Assembly (NCBI GenBank): GCA_029974275.1
Contig: JARKSN010000339.1
Span: 1 to 64,000 of the forward strand
DNA length: 64,000 nt
Source: Candidatus Hydrogenedentota bacterium
Lineage (GTDB): Bacteria > Hydrogenedentota > Hydrogenedentia > Hydrogenedentales > SLHB01
Direction of reading: 5' to 3'
Each line of letters begins with the position of its first letter. The stretch's first letter is position 1. The notes beneath the pieces were generated by a model. That model searched no databases. It saw only the letters and a list, made by a program, of their open reading frames with translations, and had not been told where the DNA came from. Positions 10,357 through 20,474 of this stretch are shown here, one piece after another. A program made the position numbers and the translations under genes.

Positions 10357-11013
10357 CTATGGCGCGGGGCTAGCCTGCGGCGCTGCATTCCCCTCCTGGT
10401 CCGTTCGGGCAAGCTTGGCGATCTCCGCATACAGGAGATCTTTGTCGGAGTTGATGTTGTAGGCGGCGTTGACATACCGCACGGTTCCCTGTTTGTCAAT
10501 CAGGACGACGGATCGCTTGGCGGCTTGAAAGCCCATGAGACCCATCGTGGGAATGCCATACGCCGACACGATATCGCCTGCAGGATCGCCTATGACTGGG
10601 AAAGGAAGCTGTTGCGCCTTCCGGAATGCGTTGCTCTTTTCCTGCACGTCCAGGCTGATGGCGATTACGTGCGTGTCGCTGTCCCGGAATCGAGCGATGT
10701 CATCCCGATAGCCGCATAACTGGGCGGTGCATCCGGGCGTGGAGGCCTTGGGGTAAAACGCGATCAGCACGTTCTTCTTCCCTTTCCATTCCGATAGCTT
10801 CCGCGTGACGGGCGCTGCCGGATCGGCTTCGGGGTCGGAATAGCTGAAATCCGGCGCGGGATCGCCCGGCCTGACCAAAACGGGCGGGGCCGGAGAGGGA
10901 TTCGTCTCGGTTGCGTTGCTCGCATACGCGTACAGCATCGCGGCGAATCCGATCGCGAGGAGCGCCGGGAATACGCGTTGCAGCGCCTTGTCGCGCGTTA
11001 TCTTCTGTGTCAT
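10357..11013 (-). CDS. Exported peroxiredoxin (BCP/PrxQ, AhpC-TSA family)
   Basis: GDPAPDF, FYPKASTPGCTAQLC (PxxxTxxC with resolving Cys); N-terminal signal/TM. Confidence 0.88.
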   Translation of the reverse strand: MTQKITRDKALQRVFPALLAIGFAAMLYAYASNATETNPSPAPPVLVRPGDPAPDFSYSDPEADPAAPVTRKLSEWKGKKNVLIAFYPKASTPGCTAQLCGYRDDIARFRDSDTHVIAISLDVQEKSNAFRKAQQLPFPVIGDPAGDIVSAYGIPTMGLMGFQAAKRSVVLIDKQGTVRYVNAAYNINSDKDLLYAEIAKLARTDQEGNAAPQASPAP

Positions 11014-11100
11014 GTTGTCATCCTTTCCAAACGGGTTGTGAACATCCATTGCCCGGGGAGCGCAATCCCCTCCCTTAGCCAAACACCGCTTTGAGGAGGG

Positions 11101-12147
11101 TTATTCGGGAGGGCGACAAGCCAAAATGGCCTCGACGACCCGGTCGGCCCCGTGGCCGTCCACGAGGGCGCGTCCGCGGCGCGCCATTTCGGCGCGGGCG
11201 GCGACATCGCCGGCCAGCGCACGCAGGGATTCTTGCAGCAACGCGTCCGACAGGGCGTTTCCGTCGCCTGCGCAGCGGGAGACGCCTTCCCGTTCCAGGG
11301 ATCGCGCGATGTCGCGCTGGTTTTCGGAGAGGATGAGAATGATGTTCGGCAGGCCCATGTAGGCCATTTCCCAGCACGTCGTGCCGCCGGCCGAGATGGC
11401 CATGTCGGCCCACGCCATGAGACGGGGCATGTCGTGAACGTCATGGAGCATTTCGATTCCGCCGGGGCTTGCCATGGCGCGCAGGGCTTCCGCGTGTGGA
11501 TTCGCCCCGCCTGTGACGACGCGGACATCGAAGGACAAGCCCGATGCGGCAAGGGACTGGATCACGCGCAAGGTGACGTTGTCGGGATCGCTTCCGCCCA
11601 GGGTGACGAGGATTCGTTTGGCCCGCGCGGGAATGGCGCGTCGCCACGTCGCGTAGGGGCGGAATTCGTCGCGCAACAGGACGTAGCGCGGCCCAAGGAG
11701 CAGGCGGGCGTGCGGCGCGGCCCGATACGGGCGCTGTGTCGCGTCGAGGTTTTGATTGAGCACGATGTCGGCGTGATAGAACTCGGCGTGCAGGTAATCG
11801 TCGATGACGAGCAGGGCGGGGCCGAGGGCCTTCGTGCGGCGTTGGTAGGCAGCGTCAAAGCGGTAGCCGTCGAGCGCGATGGCGGTCGCGTGGACGTCGT
11901 GCGCGACGCACGCCAAGACGTCCGTTTCCTCCTCCGGCGAATGAAGCTCGGGTAGGAGCTGGACCTCGGCTCCGGTGTCGCGCATCCTGTGAACCAGCGC
12001 GGGAACGGGACAACGGGAGAGAAAGGTGGCGGCGTGTCCGGCGGCGCGCCAGGCCTGGGTCAGCGCGATGCAGCGCATCACATGGCCGCTGCCCACGTCC
12101 GGGTTGGCGTCCGCGCGCAAAAGGAGGCGTTCGGGCGGGGCATTCAT
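11101..12147 (-). CDS. pseG: PseG/SpsG-family UDP-sugar hydrolase (pseudaminic acid pathway type)
   Basis: LRADANPDVGSGHVMRCIAL, LDGYRF, TLGGSDP, ISAGGTTCWE, LVDGHGADRV. Confidence 0.82.
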   Translation of the reverse strand: MNAPPERLLLRADANPDVGSGHVMRCIALTQAWRAAGHAATFLSRCPVPALVHRMRDTGAEVQLLPELHSPEEETDVLACVAHDVHATAIALDGYRFDAAYQRRTKALGPALLVIDDYLHAEFYHADIVLNQNLDATQRPYRAAPHARLLLGPRYVLLRDEFRPYATWRRAIPARAKRILVTLGGSDPDNVTLRVIQSLAASGLSFDVRVVTGGANPHAEALRAMASPGGIEMLHDVHDMPRLMAWADMAISAGGTTCWEMAYMGLPNIILILSENQRDIARSLEREGVSRCAGDGNALSDALLQESLRALAGDVAARAEMARRGRALVDGHGADRVVEAILACRPPE

Positions 12148-14786
12148 GACGCGATCGCGGCATGCACGGCCGCGAGCAGTTCCGCCGAACGATAAGGTTT
12201 TTGCAAAAATGCGTTGGGGGATTGGCCTGCGGATCCCAAGTCTATCTCGCGCACATTGAAGCCGCTGGACAAGATCACCTTGACGTTCGGGTCGATGCGC
12301 CGCAACGCTTCCAGGGTTTCCATGCCGCTCATGATCGGCATGGTCATATCGAGCAAGATCGCTCGGAATGCGCCGGATCGCAGTTCGAACAGCTTGCATG
12401 CCTCCCGTCCGTCGGAGGCCGCGACCACGGAAAAACCGGCCCGTTCGAGTATCGTGGCGGCGAGGAGGCGCACCGAGGCCTCGTCGTCCACGACCAGAAT
12501 GGTCCCTTCGCCGCGCAGCGACGAGAAGGACTGCGTTTTCTCGGAGGGCGCATCGGGGGCAGGCCGCGCCAGGCTCGGAAAAAGCGCTTGCACCGTGGTT
12601 CCCTCTCCCTCTCGGCTATCCACGAGGATGACGCCTCGATGCGCACGGATGATTCCGTGCACCGCGGCCATGCCAAGGCCCCGTCCCGTGAACTTGGTCG
12701 AAAAAAAGGGGTCGAACACTCGGTCCAGGACATCGGCGCTCATGCCGCACCCTGTGTCGGCGACTTCGAGCCCAACGTATTCGCCGGGCCGCGCCTCGCC
12801 GCTGACGCGGCTGCGATCGAGTTGCAAGCGGTCATAGAATCCGTGATAGGTGCGCAGGGTGATCGATCCGGCCCGGTCGCCAATGGCTTCGGACGCGTTG
12901 ATGATGAGGTTCATGATGACTTGGCGGATTTGGGTGGGATCGCCCTCGAACGCGGGCGGCGCGTCTTCCAGTTCGTAGCGGAGCGCGCATTTCTTGGAGA
13001 TAGAAGCGGCGAGCAGTTCGCCGGTTTCTTGCACCAATGCGGAGATGTTCACCGGCTGGACGGCGAAGGCGCTTTTTCCCGTATAGGCGAGCATTTGCTT
13101 GGTGAGGTCGGCTGCGCGATGGGCGGCGGCCAGGACATGGTGCACGCTTCGCCGTGCGGGCGAATCAGGGGGCAGATCGAGAAGGGCCAGGTCGGCGTTG
13201 CCGAGAATGCCCGCCAGTAAATTGTTGAAATCGTGCGCGACGCCTCCTGCGAGGATGCCCAGGCTCTCCAGTTTCTGTGCGTGTTGCACTTGGGCTTCGA
13301 GTTTGCGGCGTTCTTTCTCGGCGTTGTAGCGCTCGGTGACGTCTTGGATGGCTCCCAGGATGCGCGTCGTGCGTCCGTTTTCTTGGTTCGGTATTCCTTT
13401 GATATAGAGGTTTTGCTCGGAGCCGTCGGCGGCGCGAAGGCGGCATTCGGTTTCGAGGAGGCCGCCGGCGATCGCCGTGCCGATGGCGCTGAGAAACGGG
13501 GCGACGTCGTCGGCATGAAGGTGTTGCACGAAGCCCTCGAGGGTGCTCTCGCCGCATGCTGGCCCCAGCAGTTCCTGGGCCTCGGACGACCAGAAGAGGC
13601 GTTCGTCGCTCACGTCGTATTCCCAATTGCCCAGTTTCGCGAGGCGTTGGGCCTCGGCAAGCCGGCGCTCGCTTTCGCGCAGGTCTCTTTCGGCTGCGTC
13701 GCGTTCCCGTTCTCGGATTTCCAGCGTTTGGGCCATGGCGTCAAAAGCGGCGGCCAGGCGTCCGAAATCGCCCCGCCCATGCGGCAGCAACGAACGCGCG
13801 GTCATATCGCCCGTCCCCAATCGGTCCGAGGCCGCGATCAGTTTTCGGAGTCGGCGCAGGATGCTCGCGCTCGAAATGAACCAGGCGAGAGCAAGCGTCA
13901 GGAGCGCCGCTCCGCTTAGCCAGGCCATCGACTGTATGGCCGCGCGGCTGGCGGGGGCGAGCGCGGTCTTTACGGGTATGCCGCAGCGCATGTACATGTA
14001 GACGGGGGCGCCGGGGGCCATGCGCGCCTTGCTGTATCCGTAGAAACGGCGGACTCCGTCGGTTTCCGTCGCGACGAACGTGTCGCTGTCGAGAGGGGCG
14101 GACATGGCGGCCATCATCTCGGGCATATCGGTGTGGCCTTCGATGCCGGGAGTGGCGGGATGCCTGAAAAGTACAATCCCCTTGTGATCGGTGAGCGTCA
14201 GCGTAAAATCGGAAGAAAGACGTCCGCCCACCATCAAATAGCCGAAGTAGTCCAGATCAAATGCGGCAATCAACACCGCCAACGGATCGCCCGCGTCGTC
14301 GAGGACGGGGTAGGCGAAATGGAACACTTTCTTGTTGGTGGAGCGGCTGATGACGTATTCGCCCGACGAGAAGGCGCGCGTTGCCATGGCGTCCCGGAAA
14401 AACTTGCGATCGGCGATCGAAAAGCGAGGCTCTCCCGTTCCAAGCGCGAAGATCATGCCGTCCGGCTCGGCGACCAGCAGATTGGCATACCAGGCGTTTT
14501 GTTTCAAAAGCGCGGCCAGGAGGGTGTTGCAGGCGGCCTCGTCGCGGTGGCGCACGGCAGGTAATTCCGCCAGGGTCGTCAACAGTTGGCGGGCGCTATC
14601 CGCAGCGTATTCTTGCTGTGCGCAAAGGGATTGGGCGATTCGCAGCGCCTCCATTTCGGCGTCGTGGATGGCTTCGTGGCGGAGTTGAACGCCCAGAACC
14701 GCGACCATCAGCAGGGCAGGCGTCACGGCCACCGCCACGATGAGCATCAAATACGCCCGGATCGACCACGACAAAAAAGATTTCAT
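12144..14786 (-). CDS. Hybrid sensor histidine kinase (Cache-HAMP-PAS-HisKA-HATPase-REC)
   Basis: Two TMs flanking a Cache-like domain; GVAHDFNNLL H-box; NLIINASEA; DTGCGM; FFSTKFTGRGLG; C-terminal ILVVDDE receiver. Confidence 0.93.
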   Translation of the reverse strand: MKSFLSWSIRAYLMLIVAVAVTPALLMVAVLGVQLRHEAIHDAEMEALRIAQSLCAQQEYAADSARQLLTTLAELPAVRHRDEAACNTLLAALLKQNAWYANLLVAEPDGMIFALGTGEPRFSIADRKFFRDAMATRAFSSGEYVISRSTNKKVFHFAYPVLDDAGDPLAVLIAAFDLDYFGYLMVGGRLSSDFTLTLTDHKGIVLFRHPATPGIEGHTDMPEMMAAMSAPLDSDTFVATETDGVRRFYGYSKARMAPGAPVYMYMRCGIPVKTALAPASRAAIQSMAWLSGAALLTLALAWFISSASILRRLRKLIAASDRLGTGDMTARSLLPHGRGDFGRLAAAFDAMAQTLEIRERERDAAERDLRESERRLAEAQRLAKLGNWEYDVSDERLFWSSEAQELLGPACGESTLEGFVQHLHADDVAPFLSAIGTAIAGGLLETECRLRAADGSEQNLYIKGIPNQENGRTTRILGAIQDVTERYNAEKERRKLEAQVQHAQKLESLGILAGGVAHDFNNLLAGILGNADLALLDLPPDSPARRSVHHVLAAAHRAADLTKQMLAYTGKSAFAVQPVNISALVQETGELLAASISKKCALRYELEDAPPAFEGDPTQIRQVIMNLIINASEAIGDRAGSITLRTYHGFYDRLQLDRSRVSGEARPGEYVGLEVADTGCGMSADVLDRVFDPFFSTKFTGRGLGMAAVHGIIRAHRGVILVDSREGEGTTVQALFPSLARPAPDAPSEKTQSFSSLRGEGTILVVDDEASVRLLAATILERAGFSVVAASDGREACKLFELRSGAFRAILLDMTMPIMSGMETLEALRRIDPNVKVILSSGFNVREIDLGSAGQSPNAFLQKPYRSAELLAAVHAAIAS

Positions 14787-15015
14787 GCGCCTCCGTCCGC
14801 CCACGCGCGGCGCATGGCGATCGCGCCGCTCACCGTTCCATGATAGCGCTCCGCGTTCCTCGCTTCCAGCCCGAACGCGCCAAACGATTTGTTCTCGGGG
14901 CCATCAGCGGGATCGAGACCTCGTTCGGATGCCTGATTCAGGCGCCTTGTTGCAAAGCGCGAGGCATACGTAAACGACACTTGCGTTGCGCTGGGATGCG
15001 CGACCTCAGGCCGGA

Positions 15016-15492
15016 CTAATTCCGATTGAGCCACCAGATTGCGGCATTGAGCAATGCGGCAAAACTCACCCATAGCCAATAGGGAACGAACAAACAGGCG
15101 GCCATCCTTGAAATTGGATAAAACGAAAGGGCTGTTGCCGCAATGGCGATCCACAATGCCCCAATATCCACCAGCGCAAGTCCGGGGCGGTGCATGCCGA
15201 AAAACAACGGGGTCCAAAGCGTGTTGAGAAGCAGTTGCAGACCGAAAAGTCCCATGGGCAGCCAAAGCGCTTGCGCTTCGCCCTTGCGCCATACCAGCCA
15301 CGCCGCGATGCCCATCGTGCAGTAGAGGAATGACCACACGGGGCCGAAAATCCAGTTAGGCGGATTGAACCATGGCTTGTTCAAGGCGTAGTGCCAGTCG
15401 TCTGGACGCGATACGAACAAGACGGCGCTTACGGCAGGAGCGGTGAACGCAAGGGCGATAAAACCCAATAATGCAGCGATTTGTTTTATCAT
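15016..15492 (-). CDS. tspO: TspO/MBR tryptophan-rich sensory protein
   Basis: LNKPWFNPPNWIFGPVWSFLY, LNTLWTPLFFG, PYWLWVSFA. Confidence 0.92.
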   Translation of the reverse strand: MIKQIAALLGFIALAFTAPAVSAVLFVSRPDDWHYALNKPWFNPPNWIFGPVWSFLYCTMGIAAWLVWRKGEAQALWLPMGLFGLQLLLNTLWTPLFFGMHRPGLALVDIGALWIAIAATALSFYPISRMAACLFVPYWLWVSFAALLNAAIWWLNRN

Positions 15493-15519
15493 GGCGCCTT
15501 TCGCCTCATAGGGACGTTT

Positions 15520-18500
15520 TCATTGCGGCAGTGCGTCCGGATAGATGCGCAGGTTTCGGATGGTTCCGCGGAAGACCGTGGGGCTGTAGAGGGGGTCGCC
15601 GGGCGCATAGGCCCCGATGATCAGCGGGCGATTGGCGGGAACGACGCCTTCAATGGCCTTTTCGGTCCATTGGCCGTTCACGCACAGACGCAGCATCGCC
15701 ATGTCGTACACGCAACGGACATCGTGCCAGACGCCGATGGGCACGGTCGGGCCGACGACGTTCCCACTTGGCGTGCACACAGTGAGACGACCGTCCAACA
15801 CCTGAATGTACCATCCATCGACGCGCCAGAACCCGTGGGACAGTATCACGGGGATGCCCGAGGTCGAGTCGGCCTGGAACGAGAAGGAAATGGTGATTGG
15901 CCTGTCGAGGTCGAAGTGGGGGGTATGCGGGATGACGATGTGGCCGCCCGAGAATTGCGCGCCGTCTGGCGTAAAGGCGACGGGGGCGGACGTCTCGGCC
16001 GGCGGCGCGGTGGTGAGCGGCAGGTCTAGGATGGGCGCGGGCGGCGGCCCCAGGGCATAGTCGACCGTGACAGTGAACGGCGGGGCTTTTCGGCGGGCGT
16101 AGTCGATCGGGGTGACGGTGTAACGCCAGCGGCCCGCCGGGGGCGTATCGCGGCACAGGGATTCAGCGACGGCCGACGGCATGAACTCTCCCGCGTTCTG
16201 GCGGGTTCCGTGCGGCAAGCCTTGCCGCTCGACCTGATACGTCACGGCAGGATATGCCTGCTGCGCGGGCAGACGAAAGAACACGCCCGCGCGATTGGTG
16301 AACGCTTCAAGGGGGCAAGGTCCGAGCGGAGGCAGGCAAGGCATGGGCACGGTCAACGGCGGCGACGCGACCAAGGGAGCGCCATCGCGCCACGCCTCGA
16401 CCGTGTAGATGTTTGTTGCGTTGGGAATGGTGTCGGGGTAGTACGGCGCGGCGGTCTCGGCCGTCAACGTCCCGTCGCGGTAGACCTTGAAGTAATCCGC
16501 CTCGGGCGCCATGTTCCACGTCAACTCGATCAGCGCGTGTTTGCCAGTCGTTGCGGCGAGCGTCAGGGTCGGCGTTGTCGCGGGAACGACTTTTCGCGCC
16601 GGGGTCATGTTTTGTGGAGGGGGCATGACGCTCACGAATACAGGCCCCAGCGCAAACGGGGCCTTTACACGTTTCGAGAAGGAAAAGGCGACCTCGACGC
16701 CGGGCGAGATGACCTGTTCCGCCGGGATAGCGGCCCGCTGCACCCAGCCGCGCACCGGCGTCAGCGCGAGGGTCCGCCACCGGCGATCGCCCATGTGGCG
16801 ATAATGCATCCATGCGGATCCGCCTCCCATCGTCACCGGCTCCAGCATGAGCGGGCGTCCGGCTTCGGCGGACGCATGGAAGCGCGGCAACAGAATCGCG
16901 GGAACCGGTTGCCAGGGCGCGGCGGTCGGCGCGGACGCGTCCCCGGCGAGTTGCCGCGCGGCGGCCTGCAATTCTCGCCACGCCGGAACGGCCTTGGCGT
17001 TGATCGTGGCGAGCACGCCGTATTCGCCGCGCGTCGAAACGTTGGCGGCGTAGGCGCGCAAGGCCGTCGCAAAGATGGCGTCGTCGAGCAGGGCCATTGC
17101 TTCTTTACCCAATGCGCGGGCATGTTCGGGAGAGGCGCTCTTGGCTTGCTCGAGCAGCTTGTTGGCCTCGACGGCGCGCGTCTCGACGTCCTGATACGCC
17201 AACGTCCAGTCCATCCGGCCCAGCAGCCACTGGATGCGGGGCGTGGCCCGGTCCGCGAGCGGCAATAACGCGGCGGTTTCCTCCCGCAGCGTCTTCAGCG
17301 CGACAATTTTCCCGGGATCGCCCGGTCCCCACGAAAAAGCGCCGTATTCCATCTGGCCGTACGCGCCGACCCAGCGGTACCCCAGCATGTCGAGCCGTTT
17401 GTGGATCTCCGCCATGTGCGCCGCGATCCTGGAGGGATACATGCGCGCCGCCATATCCGCGAAGAAAGCGTCCGCCGTCAGGCCGCGCTGCCATGCCGAA
17501 TCAACGAGAAAGGCGAGGTTCTCGGCAATGTCCCGCGTGCGCCAGTGAATGCCGAGCAGTCCCTGGCTGCCGCTCTGCTCGACGTCGCGCACGAGAAGCT
17601 CGTAGGTGTGCACATACGGCTGTGCGTGCCACTGGTCACCGTCCCACTCCAGCCACGGAATGGGCCAGCGTTCGCGATCCGGCGGAAGATCGTGGTAGAT
17701 CCGGTCCACGCGCGGTTTTGGATTGATGAAGTCGAGCGAAGCGAACACGACGTCCTTGGGCAGAAGCTTGTCGAGCCCCTCGTAATATTCAGCGGACAAT
17801 AGACGATCGTCGCCGCCCCAGCCGGAAAGCACCAGCCTTGGTTGCGGGGTTCGGCGGGCGAGAACGCGATAGGCCAGCTGCGCAAACTGTTCGAAGCGGG
17901 CGCCTTCGCGGGCACGGGACTGCGCCCCTGCGGCGGTCTTGTCGAAGAACGCGGGATCGCCTGCTTGGGCATGAATGATACGGCTAAACGCATCGCTCCG
18001 GCCCAGCTCGTAGGCGTCCATCGTCTTGGAGCCGTTCCAATGCCCGAAGGCCCCCACCATCTCGGGTTGCCATATCCAGACATACTCCACGGCGGGATAC
18101 GTGTCGAGCAGGCAGGCCAGGCGTTCTGTGAAGACGTCGCGCGTGGCCGCATCGAAGGGGTCGCCGGAGAACTCGAAGCCGATGCATGTGTGCAGCCCCC
18201 TGCGGCGGGCATAGTCGAGCGCATCGCGCAGGATGGCCTGTTGCGCCCGAATGGCTTCGTCCCTCGTGGCGCCTGTCAGCGTCGATTCCGCGCCGAAGTA
18301 ATCGGCTCCATAGAACAGGTCCGTGCCAAAGGCGAAGTCCCGGCTGGAAACGGCTTTGGAACCCCACGTCGGCGTGGCCGTATTGACCAGCGGTTCACCC
18401 AGCTTCATCGCGCCGTCCGGTCCGGCATAGGCCGCAAAGGGTTCGCTGTCGTACGTGTGGAAACCTACAAAATTGGCCCCCATGCGCAGCAGTTGGTCCA

Positions 18501-19080
18501 CAAAGGCCCGGTGATCGATCGGGTCCCAAGCGGTCGGGCTGTTGAAGAAGTTGTACCAGGGAAGAACGCCGCGAATGTCGCGGGAAGGGCGGTGGCACTG
18601 CGGAGTGTCGTCAAGTTGTTCGGGTAGCGTGGCGGGCGCGGACTCGTCGCCGAGATAAAAGCCGTATCCCAGCCGACGCAACAGTCCGTACTGCCCGTTG
18701 ACGGCGCCTTCCGAAGTATTGGCGGCGGCGATCGCGACGCGCACGCCGTGGAGCGTGAAACCGGAGAGCACGTATCCCTGTGTGCCCGCCTGGCTCCAGT
18801 CGAAAGGAAAACCTTCGAGCAGGGCATTGTTTCCGGGCGTTCCCGTGACCACCGCCGGGACTGGCCGGCGCGCCCACTCCGCCGCGGTCATCACGTGCGG
18901 CATCTTTCCGGTCACTTGGGCCAAATACCGCTGAAGGTCAACGGTGGCGAGCCGTTCGGCTTCCGATTGGTCGCCTGTGACGATAGCGCCCCAGGGTGTC
19001 GCGGCGGCGAAGCCGTTCACCGAAATCAGCGTGACGACAGCGACGGCGAAAAGGCGACTGAGCGGTTGCGAGATGAACAT
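15520..19080 (-). CDS. Large secreted putative glycoside hydrolase with C-terminal LamG/ConA-like domain
   Basis: Signal peptide; N-terminal 'DLQRYLAQVTG...GYVL...GQYGLLRRLG' resembles the accessory domain of GH20/GH67/GH115 enzymes; Trp/Asp/Glu-rich core; FN3-like segment; LamG-like end (WHDVRCVYD...FRGTIRNLRIY). Confidence 0.6.
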   Translation of the reverse strand: MFISQPLSRLFAVAVVTLISVNGFAAATPWGAIVTGDQSEAERLATVDLQRYLAQVTGKMPHVMTAAEWARRPVPAVVTGTPGNNALLEGFPFDWSQAGTQGYVLSGFTLHGVRVAIAAANTSEGAVNGQYGLLRRLGYGFYLGDESAPATLPEQLDDTPQCHRPSRDIRGVLPWYNFFNSPTAWDPIDHRAFVDQLLRMGANFVGFHTYDSEPFAAYAGPDGAMKLGEPLVNTATPTWGSKAVSSRDFAFGTDLFYGADYFGAESTLTGATRDEAIRAQQAILRDALDYARRRGLHTCIGFEFSGDPFDAATRDVFTERLACLLDTYPAVEYVWIWQPEMVGAFGHWNGSKTMDAYELGRSDAFSRIIHAQAGDPAFFDKTAAGAQSRAREGARFEQFAQLAYRVLARRTPQPRLVLSGWGGDDRLLSAEYYEGLDKLLPKDVVFASLDFINPKPRVDRIYHDLPPDRERWPIPWLEWDGDQWHAQPYVHTYELLVRDVEQSGSQGLLGIHWRTRDIAENLAFLVDSAWQRGLTADAFFADMAARMYPSRIAAHMAEIHKRLDMLGYRWVGAYGQMEYGAFSWGPGDPGKIVALKTLREETAALLPLADRATPRIQWLLGRMDWTLAYQDVETRAVEANKLLEQAKSASPEHARALGKEAMALLDDAIFATALRAYAANVSTRGEYGVLATINAKAVPAWRELQAAARQLAGDASAPTAAPWQPVPAILLPRFHASAEAGRPLMLEPVTMGGGSAWMHYRHMGDRRWRTLALTPVRGWVQRAAIPAEQVISPGVEVAFSFSKRVKAPFALGPVFVSVMPPPQNMTPARKVVPATTPTLTLAATTGKHALIELTWNMAPEADYFKVYRDGTLTAETAAPYYPDTIPNATNIYTVEAWRDGAPLVASPPLTVPMPCLPPLGPCPLEAFTNRAGVFFRLPAQQAYPAVTYQVERQGLPHGTRQNAGEFMPSAVAESLCRDTPPAGRWRYTVTPIDYARRKAPPFTVTVDYALGPPPAPILDLPLTTAPPAETSAPVAFTPDGAQFSGGHIVIPHTPHFDLDRPITISFSFQADSTSGIPVILSHGFWRVDGWYIQVLDGRLTVCTPSGNVVGPTVPIGVWHDVRCVYDMAMLRLCVNGQWTEKAIEGVVPANRPLIIGAYAPGDPLYSPTVFRGTIRNLRIYPDALPQ

Positions 19081-19271
19081 GACCGGTCCTCCCTCTTTGG
19101 CGCAGGCCGATTCTACCACACCTTGGTTCCGGCGATGTTGCACATGCTTCGGCTCTTTTTTAGGCGGGCGGGAAAATCGCTGAAACCACGCCCGCGTCCA
19201 TTGCCCGCAGTGTGCTAGACTAAGGACGTAGCGCCAGGCACGGACAGAGCGACGAAGGAGGCCCCACACCT

Positions 19272-20462
19272 ATGAATTGGCGATGGCTCATCTCTGCGCT
19301 CGTAGTTGCGGCATTAGTCGGCTGCGGACGCTCGCACGAACGCGCGACAACAGAGGCGATAGTCGCCACGGCGGCACACGTCTCCACCGAAACCGTGACC
19401 CAAGGGAGCATTCCGGCGTCGTACGAGGCAACCGGGACCGTCCGCTCGAAGATTGCCGCCGCGGTGCAGAGCAAGATTGTCGCCCACGTCGCCACTGTGT
19501 TGGTGAGCGAAGGGCAGCTTGTGGAAGCGGGCGCCCCGCTTGCCGTGCTGGATGCTCGCGAAGTTGAGGCGCAACGTGCCCAAGCGCAGGGCGTTGTGGC
19601 CGAAGCGCGCAGCGCCGGCAGCGAAACAGAGCAGATGATGCGGGCCGCGCAGGCAATGTTGGAAGGCGCCCAATCCGAAGCGGCGCTGGCCGATGCAACG
19701 TTTGAACGGTATAAGGGCCTGCGCGAAAAAGGGGCCATCAGTCAACAGGCCCTCGACGAGGCGCAGGCGAAACAACGCGCCGCGGCGGCGGAGGCGCGCC
19801 GGGCCATGGAGAACCTGCGCGCCATGGGCAGCCGAAAAGGCGAGGTCGCAGCCCGCAAGGCACAAGCAGAGGCCGCTTTGGCGCAAGCGCAAACGTTTCG
19901 AGATTATGCCTCCATTCTGTCGCCGCTCAAAGGCATTGTGACCCGGAAGGCCGTCGACCCGGGCGATCTTGCCTCGCCTGGCGTCGTGCTTTTTGAGGTG
20001 GAAGACAACGAACGCCTCCGGCTCGAAGCGCTGGTTGACGAAACCCATGCGCGTGCCGTTTCCACAGGCCAATCGGTGTCGGTGCGAATCGATGCCGTAG
20101 GCGCGTTGCCTCTAGCGGGGACCATTTCAGAGATCACGCCTTCCGCCGATCCCGCTAGCCGCACGGTTGCCGTAAAAGTGGACTTGCCGCCCACGCCCAA
20201 CCTGCTCTCGGGCATGTTCGGACGTCTGCTGATCGCATCGGGGGAACGGCAAGCGATTACAATTCCTGCAAGCGCCCTCGTCGAACGAGGTCAGTTGACC
20301 GGCGTTTATGTCGTAGACGCGGAAAAGATGGCGCGGTTCCGACTCGTCACCGCGGGCAAGCGCGTGGGCGACCGCGTGGAAATCCTGTCAGGGCTCGACC
20401 CCGGCGTGGTGATTGTGACGGACAACGTAGATCGCGTGGCCGACGGCACGCGCATCCTATAG
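19272..20462 (+). CDS. RND efflux periplasmic adaptor (lipoprotein)
   Basis: LVGC lipobox; lipoyl halves (VSEGQLVEAGAPL / SPLKGIV); helical hairpin; EILSGL. Confidence 0.92.
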   Translation: MNWRWLISALVVAALVGCGRSHERATTEAIVATAAHVSTETVTQGSIPASYEATGTVRSKIAAAVQSKIVAHVATVLVSEGQLVEAGAPLAVLDAREVEAQRAQAQGVVAEARSAGSETEQMMRAAQAMLEGAQSEAALADATFERYKGLREKGAISQQALDEAQAKQRAAAAEARRAMENLRAMGSRKGEVAARKAQAEAALAQAQTFRDYASILSPLKGIVTRKAVDPGDLASPGVVLFEVEDNERLRLEALVDETHARAVSTGQSVSVRIDAVGALPLAGTISEITPSADPASRTVAVKVDLPPTPNLLSGMFGRLLIASGERQAITIPASALVERGQLTGVYVVDAEKMARFRLVTAGKRVGDRVEILSGLDPGVVIVTDNVDRVADGTRIL

Positions 20463-20474
20463 GGCGGCCGCGAC

